64,000 bases of DNA from an uncultured Actinomycetes bacterium (lineage in GTDB: Bacteria > Actinomycetota > UBA4738 > HRBIN12): positions 608,001 to 672,000 of the forward strand of contig OY969934.1 in the NCBI GenBank assembly GCA_963704725.1, in the 5' to 3' direction. The translations under genes were made by a program, and so were the position numbers. Under the pieces are notes generated by a model. It saw nothing but the letters and a program-made list of their open reading frames with translations. It had not been told where the DNA came from and made no database searches. How positions within the stretch are numbered: position 1 is the stretch's first letter; each line of letters starts with the position of its first letter. Of the stretch, positions 1 through 8,650 are shown piece by piece.

Positions 1-355
1 CCAGGCGGACCGTCTGGATCAGGTGCTCGGCGTCCCGGGCCTTCAGGACGTAGCCCCGGGCGCCGGAGCGCACGGCCTCGACGACGAACTGCCGGTCGTC
101 GTACGCCGTGAGCATGATGACGCCCACGTTGGGGAACCGGTCCCGGATCTGCCGGGCGGCCTCGAGCCCGTCCATCTCGGGCATCCGGATGTCGACCAGG
201 GCGATGTCGGGGGTCTCGCGCTCAATCAGGTCCACGAGCTCCTTGCCGTTGGCGGCCTCGCCGACGACCTCGATGCCCTCTGCCATGTCGAGATAGCGCC
301 GGAGCCCCTGGCGGACCAGGGAGTGGTCGTCCGCGATGGCTACCCGTACGGTCAC
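1..355 (-). CDS. NarL/FixJ-type response regulator, N-terminal part (runs off the window edge)
   Basis: Hand translation of the minus strand from GTG at 355 (SD GGGAGGT at 361-367): VTVRVAIADDHSLVRQGLRRYL...VIMLTAYDD...GARGYVLK, a typical receiver domain. Absent from the ORF track because it is truncated. Confidence 0.9.
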   Translation of the reverse strand, partial: MTVRVAIADDHSLVRQGLRRYLDMAEGIEVVGEAANGKELVDLIERETPDIALVDIRMPEMDGLEAARQIRDRFPNVGVIMLTAYDDRQFVVEAVRSGARGYVLKARDAEHLIQTVRL

Positions 356-416
356 CCGTAACCTCCCGCCTGCTCACGCCCCTGCGAGCGACATCCTATA
401 TGTCGGGGGGGACCCC

Positions 417-1616
417 TCAGAAGATGTAGTACCAATTGACGGTGAGCACGGAGAGCACCCCCAGGGCGGCGGCGCCCGCCGCGGCGAGCCCCCACCGGGG
501 GATCCGGAAGCGCTCGGCGAGCTCCGCGGCCCCCCAGAAGGCGGGGAACAGGGGGAGCGCGAACCGGGGCATCGACATCAGCGGGCGGTCCGGGAACACG
601 AACGTCAGGGGGATGAGCACGCTCCCCAGCAGGTACAGGCCGTAGGCCGGCCGGTACCTGGTCGCCGCCCAAGCCGCCACGAGCAGGACCGGCACCACGA
701 CGAGCCAGTCGATCAGCCAGTAGCCGCCGTTCGTCTCACCGACCAGGCGGAACGCGGTCCGGGTCCCGTGCCACATCGTGACCCAGGGCCAGGAGAACTC
801 GCGCTGCCAGTCCTGCTGCTTGCTGAACGGCGCCAGGAGATCGCCGGTCCGAGCCTGCCACCACGCGAGGTAGGCCAGCGTCCCGCCGGCCGTCGCGCCG
901 GCCGCGAGCAGTCCGGGCCACGCCCGGCCGCCCTCCGTCCGCCGGTGCCACGCCTCGATCGCCAGCGCCGGCGCCAGCACGATCCCCACGCTGCGGGTCA
1001 GGGCCGCGAGGGCGCCGCAGGCCCCGGCCAGGAGCCATCGCTCGCGCCGGGCGGCCCAGAAGGCGCTCACCACGAGCAGCAGGAACAGCGGCTCGCTGTA
1101 GGGCATGAGGAAGAAGTACGACGTCGGGAAGAAGGCCAGGAGCACCACCGTGGTCCGAGCCCGCCGCTCGTCGAGCTCGAGGGCGGTCAACCGGTAGGTC
1201 ATCACGAGCGCGGCGAGGAAGGACGCGTTCGACACGAGGACGGAGGCGGCGAAGGGGCGCCCGAGCAGGACCCACGAGACCGCCCGGATCGCCAGCGGGT
1301 AGAGGGGGAAGAACGCGGCGCTCCCGTCGCCCCCGCGGTACCCGCCGTCCGCGATCCGCAGGAACCACAGCGCGTCGAACCGCTCCCAGGCCGTGAACAG
1401 GTTGTGCCATCCCGGATCGGGGATGGGGTGGGCCGGCCATCCGGGCACCCCGACGGGGTCGATCGGCGGGATCACCGAGACGGCCACGACGCCGATCACG
1501 AACGTGAGCAACCGCAGTCCGAGGAAGACCAGCGCGCAGTACCGCACCACCTGCCCCAGCGACGGCTCCTCGACCCGCGCCGCCTCCACGGCCGGCGCCT
1601 CGGTGTCCGTCCTCAC
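417..1616 (-). CDS. GT-C membrane mannosyltransferase, PIG-V/GT76-like
   Basis: C-terminal part of ORF 417..2918. Motifs WERFDALWFLRIADGGY, AFFPLYP, PYSEPLF, SMPRF and many TM segments. GTG start overlaps the upstream gene's stop (GTGA). Confidence 0.8.
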   Translation of the reverse strand: MRTDTEAPAVEAARVEEPSLGQVVRYCALVFLGLRLLTFVIGVVAVSVIPPIDPVGVPGWPAHPIPDPGWHNLFTAWERFDALWFLRIADGGYRGGDGSAAFFPLYPLAIRAVSWVLLGRPFAASVLVSNASFLAALVMTYRLTALELDERRARTTVVLLAFFPTSYFFLMPYSEPLFLLLVVSAFWAARRERWLLAGACGALAALTRSVGIVLAPALAIEAWHRRTEGGRAWPGLLAAGATAGGTLAYLAWWQARTGDLLAPFSKQQDWQREFSWPWVTMWHGTRTAFRLVGETNGGYWLIDWLVVVPVLLVAAWAATRYRPAYGLYLLGSVLIPLTFVFPDRPLMSMPRFALPLFPAFWGAAELAERFRIPRWGLAAAGAAALGVLSVLTVNWYYIF

Positions 1617-2854
1617 GCCGGGGCCTCGGCGAGCGCGGGCTCGGCCGGGGCGGCCGGGACCGGGGCCGGCTGCCGGCGGCGCACCCACGCCAGGATGCAG
1701 GCGACCAGGATCACGGTGCGAACCAGCACGGCGATCTCGAACGCGCCGAAGGGGAGGCCCCCGAGACCGGAGAGCCGCCCGAAGAACGAGAACCGCGTCA
1801 CGAACACCGCGAGGTCGGCCGCCTCGAACGCGACGAACAGCCGGGGCTCGGGAAGGGCGAGCGCGAACCACGGCAGCAGCCACAGCCCGTACTGGGGCGA
1901 GTACACCTTGTTCGACAGCAGGAACAGGACGAGGATCGGCAGGCCCAGGGTCCACCGGGGGAAGCCCGGGTCCCGAGCGGCCTTCCACCGCCACACGGCC
2001 GCGGCCAGCGCGACGAACGCCAGCGCCGACACGACGTTGATCAGCCGGGTGTTCCCGCACGAGGCGAGCTGGCCGGACAGCCGCTCGCAGCCGATGAAGT
2101 AGAGGCTGTCCCAGTCCGCCGGACGGGCCGAGTTGAAGCGGAAGAACTCCCACCACGCGCTCGGCGACGCGAGCGCGAAGGGCAGGTTCACCGCGATCCA
2201 CGTCCCGACCGTGGCCCACACGAGGTAGGTGCCGCGATCGGGCTCGCGAGAGCGGAACCGCCCCGCGGCGAACGGGATCAGCAGCAGCGCGGGGTAGAAC
2301 TTCGCCGCGGCCCCGAGGCCGAGGAGCACGCCTGCGCCGAGGTCGCGCCGCCGCAGGTACAGGAGCGTGGCGCCGGTGGCGAGCGCGACGGCCAGGAGGT
2401 CCCAGTTCATGAACCCGTAGACGAGCAGCGTCGGCGCGAGCGCGAAGTACAGCGCGCGACCCCCGGCCATCAGGTACAGGCACAGGGCGACGGCGAAGGC
2501 GGCGACCGTGAGGAACACGACGTTCGCCGAGAAGAAGGCCGAGACGTCGCCGCCCGAGACCCATGCGGCCAGGCGCATCGTCCACATCGACAGCACCGGG
2601 TACTCGTCGCACTCGCCGGCCGCGTCCGCGTCGCAGCGGTCGAGGAACGGCAGGCGGCCACCCGAGAGCTGCTCGGTGCCCAGCAGCGGCACGATGTCGG
2701 AGTAGCACAGCCGCGTGTACTGGCGGCCGTCCCCCCAGTCCCCGCCGCTGCACGGCGACTTCACGGCGAGGCCGAGGGCGAGCGTGGCCGAGAGGCACAC
2801 GAAGACCATCCCGAGCCCGATCCGGCGCGTCGCGGCCGCCACCGGCCGCATCAT
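1613..2854 (-). CDS. Glycosyltransferase family 87 (polyprenol-phosphate-mannose dependent) membrane protein
   Basis: CYSDIVPL, EYPVL, NWDLLAV, GAAAKFYP and NKVYSPQY motifs of the actinobacterial GT87 usually found near rpsF. Confidence 0.85.
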   Translation of the reverse strand: MMRPVAAATRRIGLGMVFVCLSATLALGLAVKSPCSGGDWGDGRQYTRLCYSDIVPLLGTEQLSGGRLPFLDRCDADAAGECDEYPVLSMWTMRLAAWVSGGDVSAFFSANVVFLTVAAFAVALCLYLMAGGRALYFALAPTLLVYGFMNWDLLAVALATGATLLYLRRRDLGAGVLLGLGAAAKFYPALLLIPFAAGRFRSREPDRGTYLVWATVGTWIAVNLPFALASPSAWWEFFRFNSARPADWDSLYFIGCERLSGQLASCGNTRLINVVSALAFVALAAAVWRWKAARDPGFPRWTLGLPILVLFLLSNKVYSPQYGLWLLPWFALALPEPRLFVAFEAADLAVFVTRFSFFGRLSGLGGLPFGAFEIAVLVRTVILVACILAWVRRRQPAPVPAAPAEPALAEAPA

Positions 2855-3114
2855 CGCACGGCCTCCGGACCCCGGACGTGCAGCGGGGCCGCCGAGGGGG
2901 AGGCGGCCCCGCCGTCACCTTCCGGGATCGGACCGCTGAGGTCCGTCCGGCTCCCGAGCCGGTCGCCCGTGGCGTCCGGCTCTTCGTGCCGTCGCTGCAT
3001 CCATCGGCAGGACGGTGTCACGAGCGCATGGTCCACGAGGGGGGTTGTGGCGGCCCCACCGGGGGAGACCGTTCGGAGTTGCCGTTCGGACGAACGGCCC
3101 CTCGACCTCGGGAC

Positions 3115-3786
3115 TCAGAGCTCGATCTGTCCGTGACGGACCGCGAGGGCCACGGCCTCGAGCTTGGAGTGCACCTCGAGCTTGCCGAGGACGTTACGCA
3201 CGTGGGTCTGCACGGTCTGGGGGCTGATGAACAGGGTGCCGGCGATGTCGTCGTTGCGGCGTCCCTGCGCCACGTACTGGAGGATCTCTCGCTCGCGTTC
3301 GGTCAGCGTGGCGAACCGCGACAGGACCTCGCGCTGCTCCTCCCGTTCCTTCGTCACCTGGTGCAGCAGCCGGGCCAGCGTGGCGGGGTCGATCAGGACC
3401 TCGCCCTCGGCGGCCGCCTTCGCGGCGGCCAACACCTCGTCCGCCGGCTCGTCCTTGCCGAAGAACCCGGACGCGCCGGCCTCGACCGCCTCGACGAGGA
3501 GCCGCTCGTCGTCGTGCGCGGTCATGATCACGACCTTCGTGGGCGGCGAGGCCTCCTTGATCTTGCGCGTCGCCTCGATCCCGCTCATCCCGGACTTGAA
3601 CTCGATGTCCATCAGGACCACGTTGGGCCGGTGCTCCCGCGTGAGCTCGACGGCGCGCTCGGCGTCGTGGACCGGCCGCGCGACGAGCCGGAGCTCCGGG
3701 TCCCGCTCGACCACCATGGCGAGCGCGTCGGTCAGGGTCTTGTGGTCATCGCAGATGAGCAGCGTGACCGGTTCGTGAGCGCTCAG
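3115..3786 (-). CDS. NarL/LuxR-family response regulator
   Basis: Receiver (LLICDDH...LMDI...MTAH...GFFGK) plus LuxR HTH (LTEREREIL...LFISPQTVQTHVRNVLGKL). No ATG/GTG/TTG in frame after the kinase stop; CTG at 3786-3784 lies 7 nt after GAGGAG, so the start is inferred. Confidence 0.88.
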   Translation of the reverse strand: MSAHEPVTLLICDDHKTLTDALAMVVERDPELRLVARPVHDAERAVELTREHRPNVVLMDIEFKSGMSGIEATRKIKEASPPTKVVIMTAHDDERLLVEAVEAGASGFFGKDEPADEVLAAAKAAAEGEVLIDPATLARLLHQVTKEREEQREVLSRFATLTEREREILQYVAQGRRNDDIAGTLFISPQTVQTHVRNVLGKLEVHSKLEAVALAVRHGQIEL

Positions 3787-3799
3787 CTCGGAGCTCCTC

Positions 3800-4681
3800 T
3801 CACTCCATGGCCCGATCCTCGGCCGGCAGGGTGATCCGCAGGATGGTACCCCCCTCATCCCGGTCGTCCATCTCCACCCGGCCCTCGTGGGCACGGACGT
3901 GTGCCCTGGTGAGGAACAGCCCGAGCCCGGCCCCCGGCGTCTCCTCGTAGCCGGACGGCCGCCACGCGCCGAAGCGGTCGAACACGCTCTCGGCGCGCTC
4001 GAGGGGGATGCCGGGGCCGCGGTCGCCGATCTCGACCACCGCCGTCCCGTCATCCCCCCGCCGGACCGCGACGTCGATCGGGGCGTCCGGGGGAGAGAAC
4101 TTCGCGGCGTTCTCGATGACGTTGCCGATCGCCTCCGACAGGTGCAGGTGGTCGGCCTGCACCCGGATCCCCGGCTCGATGTCCAGGGACATCGGGTGCT
4201 CGCCGTGGGGGGTGGCCCACGCCGCCTGCTCGACGAGCGGCCCGAGCTCCAGCTCGCGCAGGTCGTACACGACGCGATCGGCGTCGACCTTCAACGCCGT
4301 CGAGGCCTGTTCGAGGACGCGCTTGAGGCGGCCGGCCTCGTCGTCGATGAGCGTGAAGAACTCCCGGCGCTCCTCGTCCTCGAGCTGGTCGAACATGCGG
4401 GCGCCGGTCGAGGCCAGGCCCTTGATGGCCATCAGGGGGTTCTTCAGCTCGTGGGAGAGCTTCGAGGCGGTCTCGGCCCGCTCCGAGAGCGCGTCGCCCG
4501 GACCCTCCCGCCGACCGGCGCCCCACACGGCGGCGCCGGTCGAGATCACGACGCCCACGATCCCGGCCGCGATCAGCCCGCGCGCGTCGCCCTCGGTGCT
4601 CCCCAGGGCGGCCCCCAGGGCCCCCATGGTGGCCGCCGCGACGACGAGGGCGGCGACGAGGAACCACCGCGTCGATCCCAC
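3800..4681 (-). CDS. Sensor histidine kinase (HisKA + HATPase_c), two N-terminal TM helices
   Basis: H-box LSHELKNPL, N-box NVIENAAKFS, G1 DRGPGI, G2 GAGLGL. A -10-like TACACT sits 6 nt before the GTG. Confidence 0.92.
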   Translation of the reverse strand: MGSTRWFLVAALVVAAATMGALGAALGSTEGDARGLIAAGIVGVVISTGAAVWGAGRREGPGDALSERAETASKLSHELKNPLMAIKGLASTGARMFDQLEDEERREFFTLIDDEAGRLKRVLEQASTALKVDADRVVYDLRELELGPLVEQAAWATPHGEHPMSLDIEPGIRVQADHLHLSEAIGNVIENAAKFSPPDAPIDVAVRRGDDGTAVVEIGDRGPGIPLERAESVFDRFGAWRPSGYEETPGAGLGLFLTRAHVRAHEGRVEMDDRDEGGTILRITLPAEDRAME

Positions 4682-4705
4682 GCGGCGAGTGTATTGCCCG
4701 GGGCT

Positions 4706-5494
4706 TCAGGAGCGGTACGAGTGGTCCTCGTCGGGGAAGGTCCCTGCGGCCACGTCGCCGGCGAAGGCCCGTGCCGCGTCCCCGATCTCGCGCCGCAGGT
4801 CCGCGTAGGCACGCGCGAACCTGGGGAGCCGCTCGGACAAGCCGAGGAGGTCGTGGATCACCAGGACCTGGGCGTCCGTTCCCGGGCCGGCTCCGATGCC
4901 GATCGTGGGGATCTGCAGCGTCTTGGTGATCTCGGCCCCCAGGTCGGTCGGCACCCCTTCCAGCACGACGGCGAACGCCCCGGCCTTCTCGAGAGCCTGG
5001 GCCTCGTCGAGCAGCCGGGCCGCGTCCTCGCCCCGACCCTGGACCCGGTAGCCGCCGAGACCGTGCACGGACTGCGGCGTGAGCCCGACGTGCGCCATCA
5101 CGGGGATGCCCAGCTCGACGAGCCGGTGCGTGAGCTCGACCTGCGGCCCCTCGAGCTTGACGGCGTGCGCGCCGCCCTCCTTCAGGAACCGCCCGGCGTT
5201 GCGGATCCCCTCGTCCACGGAGACCTGGTAGGACAGGAAGGGCAGGTCGCCGACCACCATCGCGCTCCGCGCCCCGCGGGCCACGGCGCGCGTATGGTGC
5301 AGCATCTCCTCCATCGTGACGGGGAGCGTGTTCTCGTAGCCGAGGACGTTGTTGCCGACGGAGTCGCCGACGAGCAGCACGGGGATGCCCGCCTCGTCGA
5401 GGATCCGCGCGGTGGGGAAGTCGTACGCGGTGAGCATCGCGAAGCGCTTGCCCTCCGCCTTCCACGCGCGCAGGTCGTGGATCGTCACCGTCAT
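4706..5494 (-). CDS. panB: 3-methyl-2-oxobutanoate hydroxymethyltransferase
   Basis: MLTAYD, LLVGDS, VKLEG, HVGLTPQ and IGIGAG motifs. ATG at 5494 with SD AAGGAGG upstream. Confidence 0.97.
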   Translation of the reverse strand: MTVTIHDLRAWKAEGKRFAMLTAYDFPTARILDEAGIPVLLVGDSVGNNVLGYENTLPVTMEEMLHHTRAVARGARSAMVVGDLPFLSYQVSVDEGIRNAGRFLKEGGAHAVKLEGPQVELTHRLVELGIPVMAHVGLTPQSVHGLGGYRVQGRGEDAARLLDEAQALEKAGAFAVVLEGVPTDLGAEITKTLQIPTIGIGAGPGTDAQVLVIHDLLGLSERLPRFARAYADLRREIGDAARAFAGDVAAGTFPDEDHSYRS

Positions 5495-5629
5495 CGCTCG
5501 CGCCTCCTTCCGGCAGTGCACGGCTGGGTTCGCAGAGTGTAACCGTGGTCCTGAGCCTGGCTCTTCCCCGCTGTCAGAGGTGGCTGGTAGGGTCGCCACC
5601 AGGCAGAAGCGATAAACTCTGGGGTCGCC

Positions 5630-5674
5630 CATCCCTGCTCCCCCAGTGGGGGCCGTCCAGACCAGAGGAGGTGG
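5630..5674 (+). promoter_or_regulatory. S6:S18 ribosomal-protein leader (autoregulatory mRNA structure)
   Basis: CCCTGCTCCCCC-AGT-GGGGG-CCG-TCCAGACCA-GAGGAGGTG directly before rpsF: a hairpin, the CCG motif and a pyrimidine tract able to pair with the SD, as in known S6:S18 leaders. A -10-like TAAACT lies just upstream (~5613). Confidence 0.75.
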
Positions 5675-5678
5675 GGCG

Positions 5679-5972
5679 CTGAGAACGTACGAGGCCATGC
5701 TCATCCTGCCCGCCGAGGCCGACGAGTCCGTCGTGTCCGGGGCGCTGGATCGCATCACCCGGATCGTGTCGGAGAGCGGCGGAGCGGTCGGCAAGGTCGA
5801 TCGGTGGGGCCGCCGGCGGCTCGCGTTCGAGGTCGATCGCCAGAGCGAGGGGTACTACGTCGTGGCGGAGTTCACGGCCGAACCCACGGCGATCGTCGAG
5901 CTGGAGCGCACGCTGCACCTCGCCGACGAGATCCTGCGCTTCAAGGTGGTCGTCCGCGGCGAGGCCGCGTAG
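5679..5972 (+). CDS. rpsF: 30S ribosomal protein S6
   Basis: RTYEAMLIL...[10 protein letters not shown]...EGYY...ILRFKVV. The start is inferred as CTG at 5679, 6 nt after AGGAGGT. Confidence 0.97.
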   Translation: MRTYEAMLILPAEADESVVSGALDRITRIVSESGGAVGKVDRWGRRRLAFEVDRQSEGYYVVAEFTAEPTAIVELERTLHLADEILRFKVVVRGEAA

Positions 5973-6042
5973 GCGAAACGCACTTCCCCCTCCTCGGCCC
6001 GCCATCCGTCGGGGAGCGGATCAAGATCGGAAGGTGATGGAG

Positions 6043-6492
6043 ATGGCGAGCGAGAACCAGATCATCGTCGTGGGCAACCTCACGGACGACCCCGAGCTCC
6101 GGTACACGCCGAACGGGGCCGCCGTCGTGAAGTTCCGCGTCGCCGTGAACCGCCGGTACAAGGACGAGGCCGGCAACTGGAAGGACGGCGACACCTCCTA
6201 CTTCTCCGTGAACGCGTGGCGTTCGCTGGCCGAGAACGTCGCCGAGTCCCTCACCCGGGGCACGCGTGTCGTGGTCGCCGGGCGCCTGCAGATGCGCTCC
6301 TGGGAGACCCAGGAGGGGGACAAGCGCACGGTCGTGGAGATCGAGGCCGACGAGATCGGTCCGAGCCTGCGGTGGGCGACGGCGAAGGTCGAGCGCCAGG
6401 GCCGCTCCGGCTCGGGCGACTGGTCCGCGCCGGCCGTCGTCGGCGCGTCGAGCGGAAACGAGGAGACACCACTGGATGCCAGCGAAGTCTAG
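6043..6492 (+). CDS. ssb: Single-stranded DNA-binding protein
   Basis: [19 protein letters not shown]...[16 protein letters not shown]...EIGPSLRWA; lies between rpsF and rpsR. Confidence 0.97.
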   Translation: MASENQIIVVGNLTDDPELRYTPNGAAVVKFRVAVNRRYKDEAGNWKDGDTSYFSVNAWRSLAENVAESLTRGTRVVVAGRLQMRSWETQEGDKRTVVEIEADEIGPSLRWATAKVERQGRSGSGDWSAPAVVGASSGNEETPLDASEV

Positions 6493-6748
6493 GAAGCGAC
6501 CGCCCAAGAAGGAGAAGGACGAGAAGGGCTGGCAGAAGAAGCAGAAGCGCAAGGTCTGCATCTTCTGCAAGGACCGGATCGAGTACGTCGACTACAAGGA
6601 CACCGCGATCCTGCGCAAGTTCGTGTCGGAGCGCGGCAAGATCCGGGCGCGACGCGTGACGGGCAACTGCTCGCAGCATCAGCGCGACGTCGCGACCGCG
6701 GTCAAGAACGCCCGCGAGATGGCCCTCCTGCCCTACTCGTCGCGATGA
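6476..6748 (+). CDS. rpsR: 30S ribosomal protein S18 (Zn-ribbon C+ type)
   Basis: KRKVCIFC...[26 protein letters not shown]...[17 protein letters not shown] at 6460-6465. Confidence 0.97.
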   Translation: MPAKSRKRPPKKEKDEKGWQKKQKRKVCIFCKDRIEYVDYKDTAILRKFVSERGKIRARRVTGNCSQHQRDVATAVKNAREMALLPYSSR

Positions 6749-7197
6749 AGATCATCCTTCAGAAGCCCGTCGACAAGCTCGGGGTCCCCGGGGACATCGT
6801 CGAGGTCGCCGACGGCTACGCGCGCAACTACCTCATGCCCCGGGGCATGGCGGTCAAGGCGACGCGGGGCGGCGTCAAGCACATCGACAGCCTGAAGCGG
6901 GCGCACACCACCCGCACGAACAAGGCCAAGGCGGAGGCCGAGCAGCTCGCCGGCCGGCTCATCGCGACGCCGATCAAGATCACGGCGCACGCGGGCGAGG
7001 AGGGCAAGCTGTTCGGGAGCGTCACCGCCTCCGACGTCGCCGAGGCCATCGACAAGGCCGCCGGGATCCGCGTGGACCGCCACGACGTGCACCTCGACGA
7101 GCCGATCCGCTCGATCGGCACGCACGAGGTGCGTGTGCACCTGTTCGCCGAGGTCGACCCGGTCGTCTCGGTGGAGGTGGAGGGCTCGGAGGTCTGA
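6745..7197 (+). CDS. rplI: 50S ribosomal protein L9
   Basis: [27 protein letters not shown] and [12 protein letters not shown] overlap with rpsR. Confidence 0.98.
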   Translation: MKIILQKPVDKLGVPGDIVEVADGYARNYLMPRGMAVKATRGGVKHIDSLKRAHTTRTNKAKAEAEQLAGRLIATPIKITAHAGEEGKLFGSVTASDVAEAIDKAAGIRVDRHDVHLDEPIRSIGTHEVRVHLFAEVDPVVSVEVEGSEV

Positions 7198-7213
7198 GGT
7201 CACGCTCGATTCG

Positions 7214-7250
7214 ACGACCCCGGATCGCTTCGGCGTCCGGGGTCGTTTCG
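7214..7250 (+). terminator. Stem-loop terminator of the rpsF-rplI operon
   Basis: ACGACCCCGGA-T-CGC-TTCG-GCG-TCCGGGGTCGT followed by TTCG, 16 nt after the rplI stop. Confidence 0.7.
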
Positions 7251-7396
7251 TGGCTGGGGTCGGTGGGGCGCGCTGAGGTCGGGCGGTCCCGCCGGGCTGC
7301 TCGTCTCCGCCTTCGCACTCGGTCCGTGCTCGTCGAGGTCCGTTGGCTCCGGCTCCGCTCGACGACGCCCGGCGGGACCGCCCTTCTCGCGCGCCG
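7247..7396 (+). repeat. Structured ~150-bp intergenic repeat, copy 1 (REP/MITE-like)
   Basis: About 80% identical by eye to the reverse complement of 8342-8490. Contains a perfect 17-bp internal inverted repeat (7281-7297 with 7367-7383). Confidence 0.85.
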
Positions 7397-7417
7397 CCGT
7401 CGTCGTCGGGTCGGACC

Positions 7418-7909
7418 TCAGGGGAGGTCGCGGTGCATGATGAACTCGGCCAGGGACGGGTTCGAGTCCAGCGGCTGGCGGTCCGTGCCGGGGCGGAAGC
7501 CGCGGGACTCGTAGAGGTGGATGGCCGGGGCGTTCGTCTCGGTGACCCAGAGGTCGATGCGGTCGAAGGCGTGGGTCTGTGCCCATCGGATGGCCGCGTC
7601 GACGAGGAGCGTGCCGACACCTCGGCCGCGGACCGCGGGATCGACCCACATGGAGACGAGGTGGGCGGTTGCCGTGTCGTCGTCGCTGGGGAAGACGCCG
7701 ACGATGCCGAGCCAGGCCTGCTCGTCGAGGGCGGCGAAGGAAGCGCCGTCGGATCGCTCGAGTCGTGTTCGCCAGTAGGCGTCCGGGCGCGTTCGCTCGT
7801 CCTGCACCTTCGACGAGAACGCGAAGGGCGCGTCGGCGAGCGCCCGAAGGCGGACCTCCTTGAAGCGCTCCCATTCGTCCTGGTCGATCCGGCGGACGAC
7901 GATCGTCAT
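7418..7909 (-). CDS. GNAT-family N-acetyltransferase
   Basis: W..FKEVRLRALADAP.AF, SMWVDPAVRGRGVG.LL and N.PAIHLYESRGF. TACCCT lies 6 nt before the ATG. Confidence 0.92.
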   Translation of the reverse strand: MTIVVRRIDQDEWERFKEVRLRALADAPFAFSSKVQDERTRPDAYWRTRLERSDGASFAALDEQAWLGIVGVFPSDDDTATAHLVSMWVDPAVRGRGVGTLLVDAAIRWAQTHAFDRIDLWVTETNAPAIHLYESRGFRPGTDRQPLDSNPSLAEFIMHRDLP

Positions 7910-7962
7910 CGCGCGAGGGTAGCCGGGCCGCCGACCGCGGGTCTTCCCGACCGGCGTCGACG

Positions 7963-8286
7963 TCAGGTCACCGTTCGCACCCGCTCCCGGCGGACCGCCG
8001 CCGCCACGAACAGCGCGATCGACGGCACATACGCGACGCCGACCCAGCCGATCAGGAGCACGGCCGCGGTCGCCGACACCAGGCCCGCGGCCACCCCCGC
8101 GGCGATCCTGCTCGACGAGCGTCGGAGCGCCAGCGCACCACCCGCGATCGCAGGCATGAGGATGACGACGACCCCCGGCTTGCCGATCGCCAGGATGCGC
8201 ACGAGCAGGATCCCGCTCACCCCCAGCGCCATGACGGCGCCGACCCATGCGGAGCGCTCCCGCCCGGTCGCACGTGTGATCCCCAT
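7963..8286 (-). CDS. Small membrane protein (about 4 TM), unknown function
   Basis: 107-aa hydrophobic ORF filling the gap between the GNAT gene and repeat copy 2. Confidence 0.6.
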   Translation of the reverse strand: MGITRATGRERSAWVGAVMALGVSGILLVRILAIGKPGVVVILMPAIAGGALALRRSSSRIAAGVAAGLVSATAAVLLIGWVGVAYVPSIALFVAAAVRRERVRTVT

Positions 8287-8341
8287 GTCGCGAGTGTGCG
8301 CTCAAGACGTGCGACCCGCCAGGTGGGGCGCCGGCGGCGAC

Positions 8342-8490
8342 CGGCGGGCGGGGAGGGCGGTCGCCCCGGGCGTCGTCGAGCGGAGCCGAAGCCGACGGAC
8401 GTCGACGAGCACGGACCACGCGCGTAGGCGGAGACGAGCAGCCCGGGGCGATCCCCCGACCTCAGCCCGCCCCCCCGACCCCCACACGAA
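8342..8490 (-). repeat. Structured ~150-bp intergenic repeat, copy 2 (inverted relative to copy 1)
   Basis: Its reverse complement aligns to 7247-7396, with compensatory changes in the stem arms. Confidence 0.85.
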
Positions 8491-8524
8491 CCCCTCCCAC
8501 CCGTCGTAGAATCACACGCCTGTC

Positions 8525-8650
8525 ATTCCCACCTGATACACAGATACCCACAGGGTTCTCCACATGTGGAATCGCAGGTGGAAGGCACAGTGACAAGGAA
8601 TCTCGGCCCGCGACCAGGGGTGGAGGTTTCCCCATGCGTTATCCGCTGCG
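8525..8650. promoter_or_regulatory. Cluster of DnaA-box-like 9-mers upstream of dnaB
   Basis: Locally AT-richer. TGATACACA 8534-8542, ATACCCACA 8544-8552, TTCTCCACA 8556-8564, reverse box TGTGGAATC 8565-8573, TTATCCGCT 8639-8647 (consensus TTATCCACA). Confidence 0.65.

Noticed and set aside
336-2102. Long plus-strand ORF (588 aa) and the many other long Arg/Pro/Gly-rich ORFs in the track
   Set aside because: Antisense or off-frame shadows of real genes, expected at this GC content. They carry no recognisable motifs.
2851-3036. 61-aa ORF whose stop overlaps the GT87 start
   Set aside because: No SD, -10 box or motif, and it covers probable promoter DNA. The overlap may be chance.
5495-5625. 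pan RNA motif or other leader upstream of panB
   Set aside because: Only divergent -10 boxes and one short hairpin are visible, with no recognisable conserved structure.
7263-7514. Two similar short ORFs (7263..7514 and 8302..8487) that look like paralogous peptides
   Set aside because: The similarity comes from the DNA repeat, and the substitutions preserve base pairing rather than amino acids.
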